A DNA stretch of 64,000 bases, from positions 45,424 to 109,423 of the forward strand of contig CAYQPF010000001.1 in assembly GCA_964419225.1 (NCBI GenBank). The letters are read 5' to 3'. Shown in pieces: positions 1 through 9,315 of the stretch; position 1 is the stretch's first letter, and every line of letters starts with the position of its first letter. This stretch comes from an uncultured Candidatus Cloacimonadota bacterium (GTDB lineage Bacteria > Cloacimonadota > Cloacimonadia > Cloacimonadales > CAYQPF01). Both the position numbers and the translations under genes were made by a program. The notes beneath the pieces are model-generated. The model saw nothing but the letters and a program-made list of their open reading frames with translations, did no database searches and was not told the DNA's origin.

Positions 1-16
1 TGCCCCCTGCCCACTA

Positions 17-2473
17 CTACTCACATCTCAACGCTTCCACCGGATCTGATGATGCTGTCTTAAAAGCAATGATTCCCACGGTGATCCAGGCGATCACAAA
101 GGCAGCCAGAGCAGACCAGACAAAAGATAATATCGGCACTTCTATATGATAGGGAAACCGCTTTAACCACATTTCCATGATGATATAGGATACAGGCCAG
201 GCTATCAGATTGGAGATTAATACCAATTTGCTGAAATCTCTTGTGAGAAGGATGATAATACTACAGACACTACCGCCTAATACTTTGCGGATGCCTATTT
301 CTTTTGTCCTCTGCTGAGCAGCATAAGATGCTAATCCCAACAACCCCAAACAGGCTATGAATATGCACATAAAAGAAAAGTAGGTAAACACTCTGGCCAA
401 TTTATCTTCACTTTTATATTCATTTTGCACATCGTTAGTAAGGAAAGTATATTCAAAGGGATCAATAGCAAAATGTTTTCTCCAGATCCTCTCCAAATCT
501 GTCAGAATCGCTTTCTGGTTTTCGGCGTTTATTCTGATATAAATCTGATTTCCCGGGTTTCGGGTTGTTACAAAAACTACCGGTTCAATATTACTGTGCA
601 GAGAGGTATAAACAAAATCATCCACTACACCCACAATAACAGAATTAACTTTATCCGTAGAGCCTGTAGGATAAAAGGGTTGCCCTTGTGCTTTTCCTAA
701 ATGCCCCATTGTCGCTGCTAAAGTTCTGTTGACTACAAAATCCTTCGGAAAAGTGTTAGTTGCTAAAGTATCTGAGCCAATACTATGGATATTGTCCCGC
801 GTGGCAAAATTCTTGCCTTCTATGAATTTCAAACCTAAAAAATCCAGAAAATGAGCATCAACCCGCATCAAATTGCAGATAAGGTTGTTTTCCTTTCCTT
901 TTGACATATAAGAAAATGAGAGTTTTCCCTGCTGCCCGGCCGGTTTACTGTTGGCACTGGCAATGTCCAATACCCCGGTTTGCCTACTGGCCTCATTCCG
1001 GAATGCTGTGTATTCCTGTGCATATAAAGAATCCGGTACACCATTAATGATCACAACATTGTCCTTATTATAACCCACTTCGTAGGATTTTAAATAATTC
1101 AACTGTTTTGTTACAATCAAGGTGCCAATTATCATGATAATCGATAAACTGAACTGACATACAACCAGTATTTGCCTGATCAATCTGCCTTTTATCCCTT
1201 TGGTGATCGTCCCTTTTATCACTGCTGCCGGTTGAATGGATGATAAATAAAAAGCAGGATAACTTCCCGATATGATACCAACTATAGTGGTTATCATGAT
1301 GATCCCGATATACATCCACCAGGGAGTATTCAACCCGATCTCGATTTTCTTGTCCGCAAGTTGATTAAAAGTCGGAAGTAATAATTCTGTCAGTATTAAG
1401 GCAAAAAACATGGCAATAAATGTTACCACCACTGATTCCAGTAAAAACTGTTTAACCAACTGCGATTTCTGTGCTCCGACAACCTTGCGTAATCCCACTT
1501 CTTTTGCCCTGCCTGCTGATCTGGCTGTCGATAAATTCATGTAATTGATACAGGCTATGGAAAGTAAGAACAGACCGACTATCAGAAAAATGTAGATATC
1601 TTCTTTCTTCCCCTGAGGTTCATCCCAGATGTAATTCGTGAAATGTGTTTCTTTTAAGGGCTGCATAATAGGTGCAAAAGTGGAGTTAAAAGTCTTTCCG
1701 GAAGCTGCCATGTATTTATTGAAGAATCCCTTTGTCTTTTGAACAAAAGCTTCTTTGTTTGTATTCTCTTTGAGTAAAACATAATTCAACTGGTTAACCT
1801 GCCATAGTAACAGATGATTTTGCGGAGAAACATAAGTTGGCCCAGCTATTGCCACCAGACTATTGAAATAGTTCTGTTCACTCAGGATAGCTTCATATTT
1901 CAAATGCGTATTATCCGGAAAATCCTTAAACACTCCCGTGACTTTATAAACATCACCATTACCTGATTTTACCGTTTTTTCCAGTGGATTAACATCTCTG
2001 AACAATTTTTTGGCAAATGATTCCGAGAGAATTACTTTATTTGAGCCTGTTAGAGCATTATTGGGAGAACCGTACAGGAATTCATGGGTAAAAACATTTA
2101 GTATTCCCTGATTACCTGCCCAGCAATTGTTCACATAAACGCTTATATTCCCGTTTTTTAACAATATTCTGCCCAGATTAGAGAATCTTGCATAATCCTC
2201 CACTTCCGGATACTCATCTTTAAACAAAGGACCTATTATTAATGAACTGGCTGAATATCTATCTTCTCTTCCGCTAAAATTATAATGTGAGGCTATTCTC
2301 ATGATCCGCTCAGAGTTTTTATGATAACTGTCATAAGTCAACTCATTATAACAATACAAAAGAATCAGTATCGCTCCGACCAATCCTATTGCCAGACCTA
2401 TTATATTCAGCAAAGAATACAACTTGTTGTTCATGATATTCCTGATAGCTACCTTAAAATAATTGCCAAACAT
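17..2473 (-). CDS. ABC transporter permease, MacB/FtsX family
   Basis: 818-aa ORF. N-terminal TM helix (LYSLLNIIGLAIGLVGAILILL), large extracytoplasmic domains and two FtsX-type TM modules (second begins RTKEIGIRKVLGGS). GGAGG lies upstream of the ATG on the minus strand. Confidence 0.85.
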   Translation of the reverse strand: MFGNYFKVAIRNIMNNKLYSLLNIIGLAIGLVGAILILLYCYNELTYDSYHKNSERIMRIASHYNFSGREDRYSASSLIIGPLFKDEYPEVEDYARFSNLGRILLKNGNISVYVNNCWAGNQGILNVFTHEFLYGSPNNALTGSNKVILSESFAKKLFRDVNPLEKTVKSGNGDVYKVTGVFKDFPDNTHLKYEAILSEQNYFNSLVAIAGPTYVSPQNHLLLWQVNQLNYVLLKENTNKEAFVQKTKGFFNKYMAASGKTFNSTFAPIMQPLKETHFTNYIWDEPQGKKEDIYIFLIVGLFLLSIACINYMNLSTARSAGRAKEVGLRKVVGAQKSQLVKQFLLESVVVTFIAMFFALILTELLLPTFNQLADKKIEIGLNTPWWMYIGIIMITTIVGIISGSYPAFYLSSIQPAAVIKGTITKGIKGRLIRQILVVCQFSLSIIMIIGTLIVTKQLNYLKSYEVGYNKDNVVIINGVPDSLYAQEYTAFRNEASRQTGVLDIASANSKPAGQQGKLSFSYMSKGKENNLICNLMRVDAHFLDFLGLKFIEGKNFATRDNIHSIGSDTLATNTFPKDFVVNRTLAATMGHLGKAQGQPFYPTGSTDKVNSVIVGVVDDFVYTSLHSNIEPVVFVTTRNPGNQIYIRINAENQKAILTDLERIWRKHFAIDPFEYTFLTNDVQNEYKSEDKLARVFTYFSFMCIFIACLGLLGLASYAAQQRTKEIGIRKVLGGSVCSIIILLTRDFSKLVLISNLIAWPVSYIIMEMWLKRFPYHIEVPILSFVWSALAAFVIAWITVGIIAFKTASSDPVEALRCE

Positions 2474-2790
2474 GCATCCTCCACCTTTATCTGCTCCGGT
2501 CTTATCTCCAGTCCTTTATCCCAAACACTTACATAAATGCAACCCCAATGCCAATCACCACCATACTGCTTTCATTTTTGCCTAACTGCCTGATATGTAA
2601 ACAAATATTTCAACAATTGTTAAACAATGACTGTATCGATTACCTGTAATAATTAAAACTATCCGCTTTTGATACAGCAAGTGTACGATATTGGACAGCT
2701 TGTTTGGCTAAAAATCTTCTCTTGGGAGATGATGCAGACTGCGTCATTACTATAAAGAGCCTGGCAGGCTCTTCTCCCAGGAACGATTTT

Positions 2791-2830
2791 CCCCACATAT
2801 GTCCATATAGTCCATAGAGTCCATTTGTGC
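2791..2830 (-). repeat. ATGGACT 9-nt periodic block (inverted copy of the 26501-26535 block)
   Basis: The reverse complement reads aatggactctatggactatatggacatatgtgggg. Confidence 0.75.
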
Positions 2831-2868
2831 TCATGGGTGCCTATTCGTGGTTAAAATCTCTAATCAGA

Positions 2869-2946
2869 CCCATCCGACCAGTCCCATTCCCCCAACTCTC
2901 AACTTTCAACTCTCAACTATCAACTTCTCCTTCCCCCTGCCCCCTG
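2869..2946 (-). repeat. GTTGAGA-type heptamer array (C-rich on the plus strand)
   Basis: cccatccgaccagtcccattcccccaactctcaactttcaactctcaactatcaacttctccttccccctgccccctg. The reverse complement of 2888-2946 matches 11101-11158, including a 38-nt perfect stretch. Confidence 0.9.
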
Positions 2947-3039
2947 AACATTATTCTCTTGACCAAAATCTCAAATCCCAAAATAAATGTACCCATAAAT
3001 GACTCTCGGAGGTAAAATTGAAAAAGCTGTTCTTTTTTA

Positions 3040-5172
3040 ATGATTTTATGCCTATTCCTGACCAATATTTTTGCTCAAAGCGATCAGGGAGTTAATTATA
3101 CTAACGGAGACTATGTTACATGTTCTGCTATTGAGGGAGATTTCCTTTGGGTTGGCACTACTGGCGGATTAGTAAAAATTAATCGAATTACAGGTGAAAC
3201 TGTCTTCTATAATAAAGCAAATTCTCATTTGCCAAGTAATCAAATATTAGATATTTCTGTGGATTCTCAAGGAATCAAATGGATTGTTAATAGTGATCAG
3301 AGTATTGCCAAATTTGATGGTACAAACTGTACTGTATATAAAACTTCCAATTCTGCTCTGCCTGATTGTGGTTTTGAGTGTATTTCTATTGATTCTCAAA
3401 ATACCATATGGATTGGTACTTATGGTGGACTTGTCAAATTTGATGGAGTAAACTGGACTATCTTCAATACTTCCAATTCAGATTTGCCTGGTAATAGAGT
3501 TTGTTGTATCACTTTTGACTCTCAGAATAACAAATGGATAGGCACTTATGGTGGTCTTGCCAAATTTGATGGGACAAACTGGACAGTATATAATACTTCT
3601 AACTCAGGGCTGCCTTATGATTATGTTAATTGTATCACTATTGATTCTCAGAATAACAAGTGGATTGGTACGGCAGATGGTGGTCTTGCCAAATTTGATG
3701 GGACAAACTGGGTTGTATATGACATGTTCAATTCAGGCTTACCTATTGATTGGGTTGAATGTATCTCAATTGACGCTCAGAATAACAAATGGATTGGTAC
3801 TATGAATGGTGGTCTTGCCAGATTTGATGGGACAAACTGGACTGTATATAATACTTCTAATTCAGACTTACCTTATGATTTGATTAAATGTATCTCTATT
3901 GATTCTCAGAATAATAAATGGATTGGTACTTGTGATGTTGGTGGTCTTACTAAATTTGACGATGTAGTTTGGATTGCTTACAATACTTCCAATTCAGACT
4001 TACCATCTAATGATGTTAATTGTATTACAATTGATTCTCAGAATAACAAGTGGATTGGTACTTTCGGTGGACTTGTTAAATTTGATGGGGCAAATTGGAC
4101 AGTATATAATACTTCTAATTCAGATTTGCCTGATAATTGGATAATGTGTATCTCCATTGATTCTCAAAATAACAAATGGATTGGTACTGAGGCTGGAGGT
4201 CTTGCCAAATTTGATGACACAAACTGGACGGTTTACAATACATCTAATTCAGAATTGCCCAGTAATCAAGTTGGATGTATTTCTATTGATTCTCAGGATA
4301 ACAAATGGATTGGTACTGTCTCTGATGGTGGACTTGTTAAATTTGATGGTATGAACTGGATTGTGTATGATACTGAAAATTCAGGGTTGCCCAGGAATTT
4401 TGTTCACTATGTTTCAATAGACTCTCAGAACAATAAATGGATTGGCACTGCTGGTGGTGGTCTTGCTAAATTTGATGATTCTAACTGGACAGTTTACGAT
4501 ACTTCTAGTTCAGAGTTGCCTAGTAATCATGTCAATTGGATTTGTATTGACTCTCAAAACAACAAATGGATTGGTACTCCGCAGGGTCTTGCCCAATTTG
4601 ATGGTACAAATTGGACAGTTTACAATATTTCCAATTCTATTCTGCCCGATTATCATGTAGGCTGCCTTTCTATTGATTCTCAGGATAACATATGGATTGG
4701 CACTAATCGATGTCTTGCCAAGTTTGACGGAACATATTGGACAGTTTTCAATGAAACAAACTCCATTTTGCCTTCAATTTACATTAAAAGTATTGCCATC
4801 GACTCGCAGGATAATAAATGGATTGGTTCCGTAGGAGGCTTAACCGAACTCTTCTGGAATGCAACTCCGACTCAGGATGAAATCCAGAAACCCCTGTCCT
4901 CCCTTAATCTCTCAAACTATCCTAATCCCTTCAATCCGCAAACCACGATTTCCTACACTCTTCCCCAACCCGGTAATGTAGAGTTGGAAATCTTCAATAT
5001 CAAAGGCCAGTCAGTCAAACAACTTGTGCAGGAAAACCAGTCTTCAGGCAAGCACACTGTCCTCTGGCAGGGAAACGATACTTCCGGCAAAAAAGTCACT
5101 TCCGGGATCTATTTCTGCAGAATAACCACAGCCAATAAACAGGAAATCCGCAAAATGCTGCTTCTAAAGTAG
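3040..5172 (+). CDS. Secreted beta-propeller repeat protein (two-component-regulator-propeller / Reg_prop-like repeats) with T9SS C-terminal sorting domain
   Basis: About 14 tandem ~47-aa repeats (IDSQNNKWIGTxGGLAKFDGTNWTVYNTSNSDLPSN). Short signal peptide. C-terminus NYPNPFNPQTTISYTL...GIYFCRITT...KMLLLK. Confidence 0.75.
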   Translation: MILCLFLTNIFAQSDQGVNYTNGDYVTCSAIEGDFLWVGTTGGLVKINRITGETVFYNKANSHLPSNQILDISVDSQGIKWIVNSDQSIAKFDGTNCTVYKTSNSALPDCGFECISIDSQNTIWIGTYGGLVKFDGVNWTIFNTSNSDLPGNRVCCITFDSQNNKWIGTYGGLAKFDGTNWTVYNTSNSGLPYDYVNCITIDSQNNKWIGTADGGLAKFDGTNWVVYDMFNSGLPIDWVECISIDAQNNKWIGTMNGGLARFDGTNWTVYNTSNSDLPYDLIKCISIDSQNNKWIGTCDVGGLTKFDDVVWIAYNTSNSDLPSNDVNCITIDSQNNKWIGTFGGLVKFDGANWTVYNTSNSDLPDNWIMCISIDSQNNKWIGTEAGGLAKFDDTNWTVYNTSNSELPSNQVGCISIDSQDNKWIGTVSDGGLVKFDGMNWIVYDTENSGLPRNFVHYVSIDSQNNKWIGTAGGGLAKFDDSNWTVYDTSSSELPSNHVNWICIDSQNNKWIGTPQGLAQFDGTNWTVYNISNSILPDYHVGCLSIDSQDNIWIGTNRCLAKFDGTYWTVFNETNSILPSIYIKSIAIDSQDNKWIGSVGGLTELFWNATPTQDEIQKPLSSLNLSNYPNPFNPQTTISYTLPQPGNVELEIFNIKGQSVKQLVQENQSSGKHTVLWQGNDTSGKKVTSGIYFCRITTANKQEIRKMLLLK
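3100..4850 (+). repeat. Intragenic tandem ~141-bp repeats (Reg_prop units)
   Basis: A recurrent string, gattctcagaataacaa(a/g)tggattggtac...cttgccaaatttgatgggacaaactggac, with long identical stretches between units. Confidence 0.85.
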
Positions 5173-5257
5173 GATTAGCATCCAGCATATGGTTCAGATA
5201 TCATATTCCAGATGTTGATACTCTCAGACCTGTAGTCATATAATACGAGTTTAAAAT
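5173..5257 (+). repeat. Conserved ~85-nt element directly 3' of a T9SS-cargo gene stop (copy 1)
   Basis: After the TAG: gattagcatccagcatatggttcagatatcatattccagatgttgatactctcagacctgtagtcatataatacgagtttaaaat. A partial extra head, aggactagcgtccagc, follows at 5258-5273. Confidence 0.85.
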
Positions 5258-5633
5258 AGGACTAGCGTCCAGCAATATTAGCATGGAGCAAATTGTAGGG
5301 GTATCATAAAACCACTAATTCCGATCCTCTTTTTGTGCTTATTTAGGAACTGAGACAAAATAAAGTATTCAATATGGCTTAGTTATATACGTGAAATATG
5401 ATTGAATTTTTGTAAGAAATAATGTGGTATCAAGCAATAAACGAAAATTCAGGTAAATCATTAGAAGAATAATCTTTCGTCCTATCGGACGAGGATTGGT
5501 GGTCATTCAAACTGGCAGTTGAAACTGTCCAGCTAACATCTTTTGTCCTACGGACAGTAAGAGAAGCCTATGCTTGATACATATTCCATTGCAAATATTA
5601 TTTTGTCACGAACCCAAAAAATGGGTGGTTGCT

Positions 5634-5677
5634 GTAAGCTAAAGCATACAGAATTACCGGCTAAAGCCAGCGTTCCA
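5634..5677 (+). repeat. 44-nt dispersed repeat core
   Basis: gtaagctaaagcatacagaattaccggctaaagccagcgttcca. It contains an internal direct duplication of GCTAAAGC. Confidence 0.85.
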
Positions 5678-5750
5678 AGGCAATAGCCGGGTAATAATAG
5701 ACTGAGCCCATACTCACTAAGGTTTTAGCCCAAGATGTTAATGATAATAT

Positions 5751-5834
5751 TTTAAGTTCTTATCATAAGACTGCAGGTCTTAGATTATCAACACCCGAAG
5801 TAAAAAACCTGAACCATAAGCTGGACGCTAGTCC
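5751..5834 (-). repeat. Conserved ~85-nt element directly 3' of a T9SS-cargo gene stop (copy 2)
   Basis: Sense reading after the TGA: ggactagcgtccagcttatggttcaggttttttacttcgggtgttgataatctaagacctgcagtcttatgataagaacttaaa. Confidence 0.85.
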
Positions 5835-7874
5835 TCATTTAATTAAAAGCATTTTTTTGATCTCGGATTTAGTGCCGGTATTGATCTTATAGAAATAAAT
5901 TCCACTTGTAACTTTATCCGCACCATTATTATCACCATTCCAGACAATGGAATAATCACCTGCAGATTGAGTTTCATTGACCAGTGTTTTCACTAACTGC
6001 CCTTTAGCGTTGTAAACACTCATGTTGACCATACCTGTTTGAGGGACAGTATAAGCAATTGTTGTTGTGGGGTTGAAGGGGTTAGGATAGTTTTGTTTGA
6101 GAATTTTTGGAGAGTTTAGGGTGATCTCTGATTTGCCGAGAAGCAGGTCATTTTCGATCATCTCAGTCACATTGAAATCCAGGGCCATATACATCAGGTA
6201 ACCCCCGAGATTCTCATCAGGATATTGCTGAAAAGAATTATAGTCAAGTGCATTATAGAACATGAAATGTACTCTAACCTGTGTGTCTCCATTTTCATCA
6301 ATGTACTTTTCGAGTGGATCGCAGGGATAAACATACTCAGGGATCATACCTCCGAAGATTTCTGGATTGTCGATACTGTTGAAGTAAAAAGCTTTACTCC
6401 AGTGGGAGCCATTATCTGCAGAGATTTCCACAACAATTTCAGGCACATCAGCCCACTGTTCAAAATCTGTGTTATTCAGTTCATTAAACAGTCTGGCTTT
6501 GTCGCTGTTTTGCCAGACAGCTGCCATATAATTATCATTTGGTGTTTTAGTGATCTTGAAATTATTCTCATTATAGGTATCATTATAATCCCACCAGAAG
6601 AAAGGAAAATCATTATCAAATTCCCAGGGTTCATCAGGACCTACGACTTCACGCCAGGGGATATAAATCTGGCCGTCATCTTCCTGTTCCAAGCAGTCTT
6701 CGCCCCATCCCTTGGGTTCGATATCCAGAACTTTGAATTGCTGGGTTACAAAATCATATTGCACATCTTTTACAAATTGAAAATTCCAGTAATATCCTGA
6801 AGGAACCTGTAATCCCCAGCAGTTGATCATATGCAATCTGCCGGCATTATCCATTTCCACATTCATGTGATGGGTATTAATCGGGCTGAAGAATAATGAG
6901 TCTGCATTGGGAAAAGTACTATCGGGATTAGGAACATATCTCTCGGAATTAGTTATGGTCATAGAGAAGTCCCCGTCTCCGTAGTTATTGTTGTACAGAA
7001 CAAACAGATCCGGCTCGAGTGTCTGTGTTGAATCCATGTTTAAATAGCCCATGAACCCGATCATGGAGTCTTTGACAAAGAAGGAATACTGTGGTCTTTT
7101 AAATGTTGTACCATTATGCCAGGCATCCATTTGGGGAATTGTTCTGACAGTCCAAGTGAAAGGTGTTGTTCCGTTCAACATTTCTGTAGATATATCTGTA
7201 TATGCAATTTTAGGGTTTTCAGAAGGAAATCCTGCACCTCCTGTTGTTGTATTTTGGGCATAAACATATATTCTACGGTAATCAGTACCCATAGGAGAAG
7301 CACCGAAAAATACATTTGGCCAAATGTATTCATCTCCGTTAGGATCAGGTGGAAAGATTACTTGAGGAACTGACCACAGAAAATTGGACTGTTGATAGGC
7401 TAAAAAGCATTCGAGATCACCAGAATTTGTGTTCTCTGCATGCCAACCTACAAAGGGATTATTCGTGACAGGATCAATATCAAAGGTGGGAAATCCTTGT
7501 CTAAGATCATCGGTTGTTATGCGTCCACTATTCTGATTTACTCCGTTACTGATATAATTGTAATAAGCTTTTCTGGAAGAATTTTGATTTGTCTCCTGAG
7601 CGTGATAAACGGCATAAATGCCGTCACCTAAGTTTTGTATTTTCAGGGGAATATTATTATACCCGCCCATGAAATACTCACTATAAGAAAACATCAGTTG
7701 GATGGGGGGATAGGCTAGTGTTACCTCGGCAGGTAACGGTCTTTCGTGATTGATTGGAATTGCTTTCAGATTGGGACTGGCAATGGCTCTCTTGGGTGAA
7801 TAGTTACTCTGCATTTCTGCCAGCAATAACACTCCCACAAAAACCAGCATAACAGTGACAAACAGTTTTTTCAT
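5835..7874 (-). CDS. Secreted protein of unknown function with T9SS C-terminal sorting domain
   Basis: Signal peptide MKKLFVTVMLVFVGVLLLA. C-terminus NYPNPFNPTTTIAYTV...GIYFYKINT...KMLLIK. GGAGG lies upstream of the ATG. No catalytic motif recognised. Confidence 0.7.
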   Translation of the reverse strand: MKKLFVTVMLVFVGVLLLAEMQSNYSPKRAIASPNLKAIPINHERPLPAEVTLAYPPIQLMFSYSEYFMGGYNNIPLKIQNLGDGIYAVYHAQETNQNSSRKAYYNYISNGVNQNSGRITTDDLRQGFPTFDIDPVTNNPFVGWHAENTNSGDLECFLAYQQSNFLWSVPQVIFPPDPNGDEYIWPNVFFGASPMGTDYRRIYVYAQNTTTGGAGFPSENPKIAYTDISTEMLNGTTPFTWTVRTIPQMDAWHNGTTFKRPQYSFFVKDSMIGFMGYLNMDSTQTLEPDLFVLYNNNYGDGDFSMTITNSERYVPNPDSTFPNADSLFFSPINTHHMNVEMDNAGRLHMINCWGLQVPSGYYWNFQFVKDVQYDFVTQQFKVLDIEPKGWGEDCLEQEDDGQIYIPWREVVGPDEPWEFDNDFPFFWWDYNDTYNENNFKITKTPNDNYMAAVWQNSDKARLFNELNNTDFEQWADVPEIVVEISADNGSHWSKAFYFNSIDNPEIFGGMIPEYVYPCDPLEKYIDENGDTQVRVHFMFYNALDYNSFQQYPDENLGGYLMYMALDFNVTEMIENDLLLGKSEITLNSPKILKQNYPNPFNPTTTIAYTVPQTGMVNMSVYNAKGQLVKTLVNETQSAGDYSIVWNGDNNGADKVTSGIYFYKINTGTKSEIKKMLLIK

Positions 7875-7995
7875 TAGATCCTCCTACTACATCTTTAATT
7901 ATCCTCTTACTCTGAAAACATGCATATTTTTTACTATATATTAAATATTGTCAAGAAAATATATTGGGAATTTAAAAAAATGACGGGATTTTCGG

Positions 7996-8021
7996 TAGAG
8001 ACAGGGCATGCCCTGTCTCTA
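7996..8021. terminator. 26-nt perfect palindrome downstream of rlmI (terminator-like hairpin)
   Basis: tagagacagggcatgccctgtctcta. There is no immediate T-run on the minus strand, so its function is uncertain. Confidence 0.35.
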
Positions 8022-8057
8022 TGATTCATAATTTTTCAGATTTTAATATTTGATCTA

Positions 8058-9233
8058 TCAGTTAACCCTCAGGATGATGCATTTTAAATACTGCGTTTCA
8101 GGGCAGTAGGGTGAAAGCGGATGATCGGAGGAAGCAGTACGCTGCTCGAGAATCTGGATAGTTTTACAGGCTTTCACAGATGCCTGGGAAAGAGCCATGA
8201 TGAACTCTTCTTTTGTCACTCTTCCCGAACAGCTGCAGGTGACCAGAATGCCGTTTTTATTGAGGAGACGCATGGCTGCTTCATTAAGCTTACGATAACC
8301 TGTTAGAGCCTGTTTGACTGAATCCTGCTTATGGGTGAATTTGGGAGGATCAAGGACTATTATATCATACTTTTCCTGAGCTTCTGCCAGATAAGAGAAG
8401 GCATCGGATTTGACGAAGATGATGTTTTTAAGATTGTTGAGTTCGGCATTCCTCTCCGCAGCTTTGATTGCATAATCAGAGATGTCAACTGCCGTGATCT
8501 CTGTAGCACCGCCGACAGCCAAATTCAGAGCAAAACCTCCCAGGTAGCTGCAGATATCCAGAGCTTTTCTGTTCTGGGCATATTTTCTGACAGCCAGATG
8601 ATTATTCTGCTGGTCTGTATAGAAGCCGGTTTTTTGCCCTTTATAGAGGGATATTTCATATTTCAGTCCGTTTTCTTCAATGAGAAAAGGTATTTCCGGA
8701 AGAGTGCCATACACGACTTCGTCTTCGGCATTAAAACCTTCTTCTTTCAGCATTGATTTATCATACTTCAAATAGATGGCAGTTGGTTTGAGTTCTGTGG
8801 TAAGAATATCGATGAGCAATTCTCTAATATGATACATACTGAAGGAAGTTATTTGCATGACCAGGTAATTATCGTACTGATCGAGGGTAAGTCCTGATAA
8901 TTGATCAGCTTCACTGAAAATCAGTCTGGAGGCGGAATTCTTTCCGGCGATTCCTAAAATGTTCTTACGCAGATTAATGGCTGTTTTTATTTGTTGTCTA
9001 AAGAAATCAGGAGTGATTTCCTGAGAGATATCAAACGAATAATTCCTTACTCTTATTTGACTCTTCGAATTATAAATTCCATAAGAGATAAACTCGTTCT
9101 TTGACGAGAGAACTTTAATTACTTCACCGTCCGTAATATTAGTAGTAGCATTATTTATAGCACCTGAAAAAATCCAAGGGTGCCTGTAAAGGAAAGGAAC
9201 GTCTTTTCCCGGTTTAAGATTTAGGGTTTTCAT
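8058..9233 (-). CDS. rlmI: 23S rRNA (cytosine-C5) methyltransferase RlmI-like, PUA + class I SAM-MTase
   Basis: N-terminus KPGKDVPFLYRHPWIFSGAI (PUA-like). SAM motif ALDICSYLGGFAL. Catalytic IIVLDPPKF and C-terminal cysteines TCSCSG. Confidence 0.8.
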   Translation of the reverse strand: MKTLNLKPGKDVPFLYRHPWIFSGAINNATTNITDGEVIKVLSSKNEFISYGIYNSKSQIRVRNYSFDISQEITPDFFRQQIKTAINLRKNILGIAGKNSASRLIFSEADQLSGLTLDQYDNYLVMQITSFSMYHIRELLIDILTTELKPTAIYLKYDKSMLKEEGFNAEDEVVYGTLPEIPFLIEENGLKYEISLYKGQKTGFYTDQQNNHLAVRKYAQNRKALDICSYLGGFALNLAVGGATEITAVDISDYAIKAAERNAELNNLKNIIFVKSDAFSYLAEAQEKYDIIVLDPPKFTHKQDSVKQALTGYRKLNEAAMRLLNKNGILVTCSCSGRVTKEEFIMALSQASVKACKTIQILEQRTASSDHPLSPYCPETQYLKCIILRVN

Positions 9234-9315
9234 AAGTTATCCACCATTTTTTTGTAGTTATACACATATAGTCAAATTGAACAAGTCTTGTTTAATATTT
9301 TATCTAACATATTGA

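Noticed and set aside
2640-3015. Small ORFs 2640-2834 (-) and 2827-3015 (+)
   Set aside because: They are translated from the ATGGACT and CAACTCT repeat blocks (GLYGLYGH..., PQLSTFNSQLST...). The same repeats occur elsewhere in the opposite orientation and in other frames, so they are non-coding repeats rather than genes.
3548-4660. Three 65-85-aa ORFs in an alternative plus-strand frame inside the Reg_prop gene (3548-3805, 4157-4354, 4442-4660)
   Set aside because: They repeat each other because the underlying DNA is a 141-bp tandem repeat. They are low-complexity L/V/T/N-rich translations with no independent start context, so they are artefacts of the periodic main frame.
6225-6800. 191-aa plus-strand ORF antisense to the 679-aa T9SS protein. 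Similar antisense ORFs lie inside hsdM, hsdR, ispH, rpsA, the LTD gene and the HK gene.
   Set aside because: All are fully embedded opposite long, motif-supported genes. They have Ile/Phe/Leu-rich composition typical of AT-rich antisense frames and lack SD sequences.
7996-8021. The 26-nt perfect palindrome as a protein-binding operator or recombination site
   Set aside because: It is a single copy in the window, located just past the rlmI stop. The simplest reading is a transcription-terminating hairpin. It is kept only as a low-confidence terminator feature.
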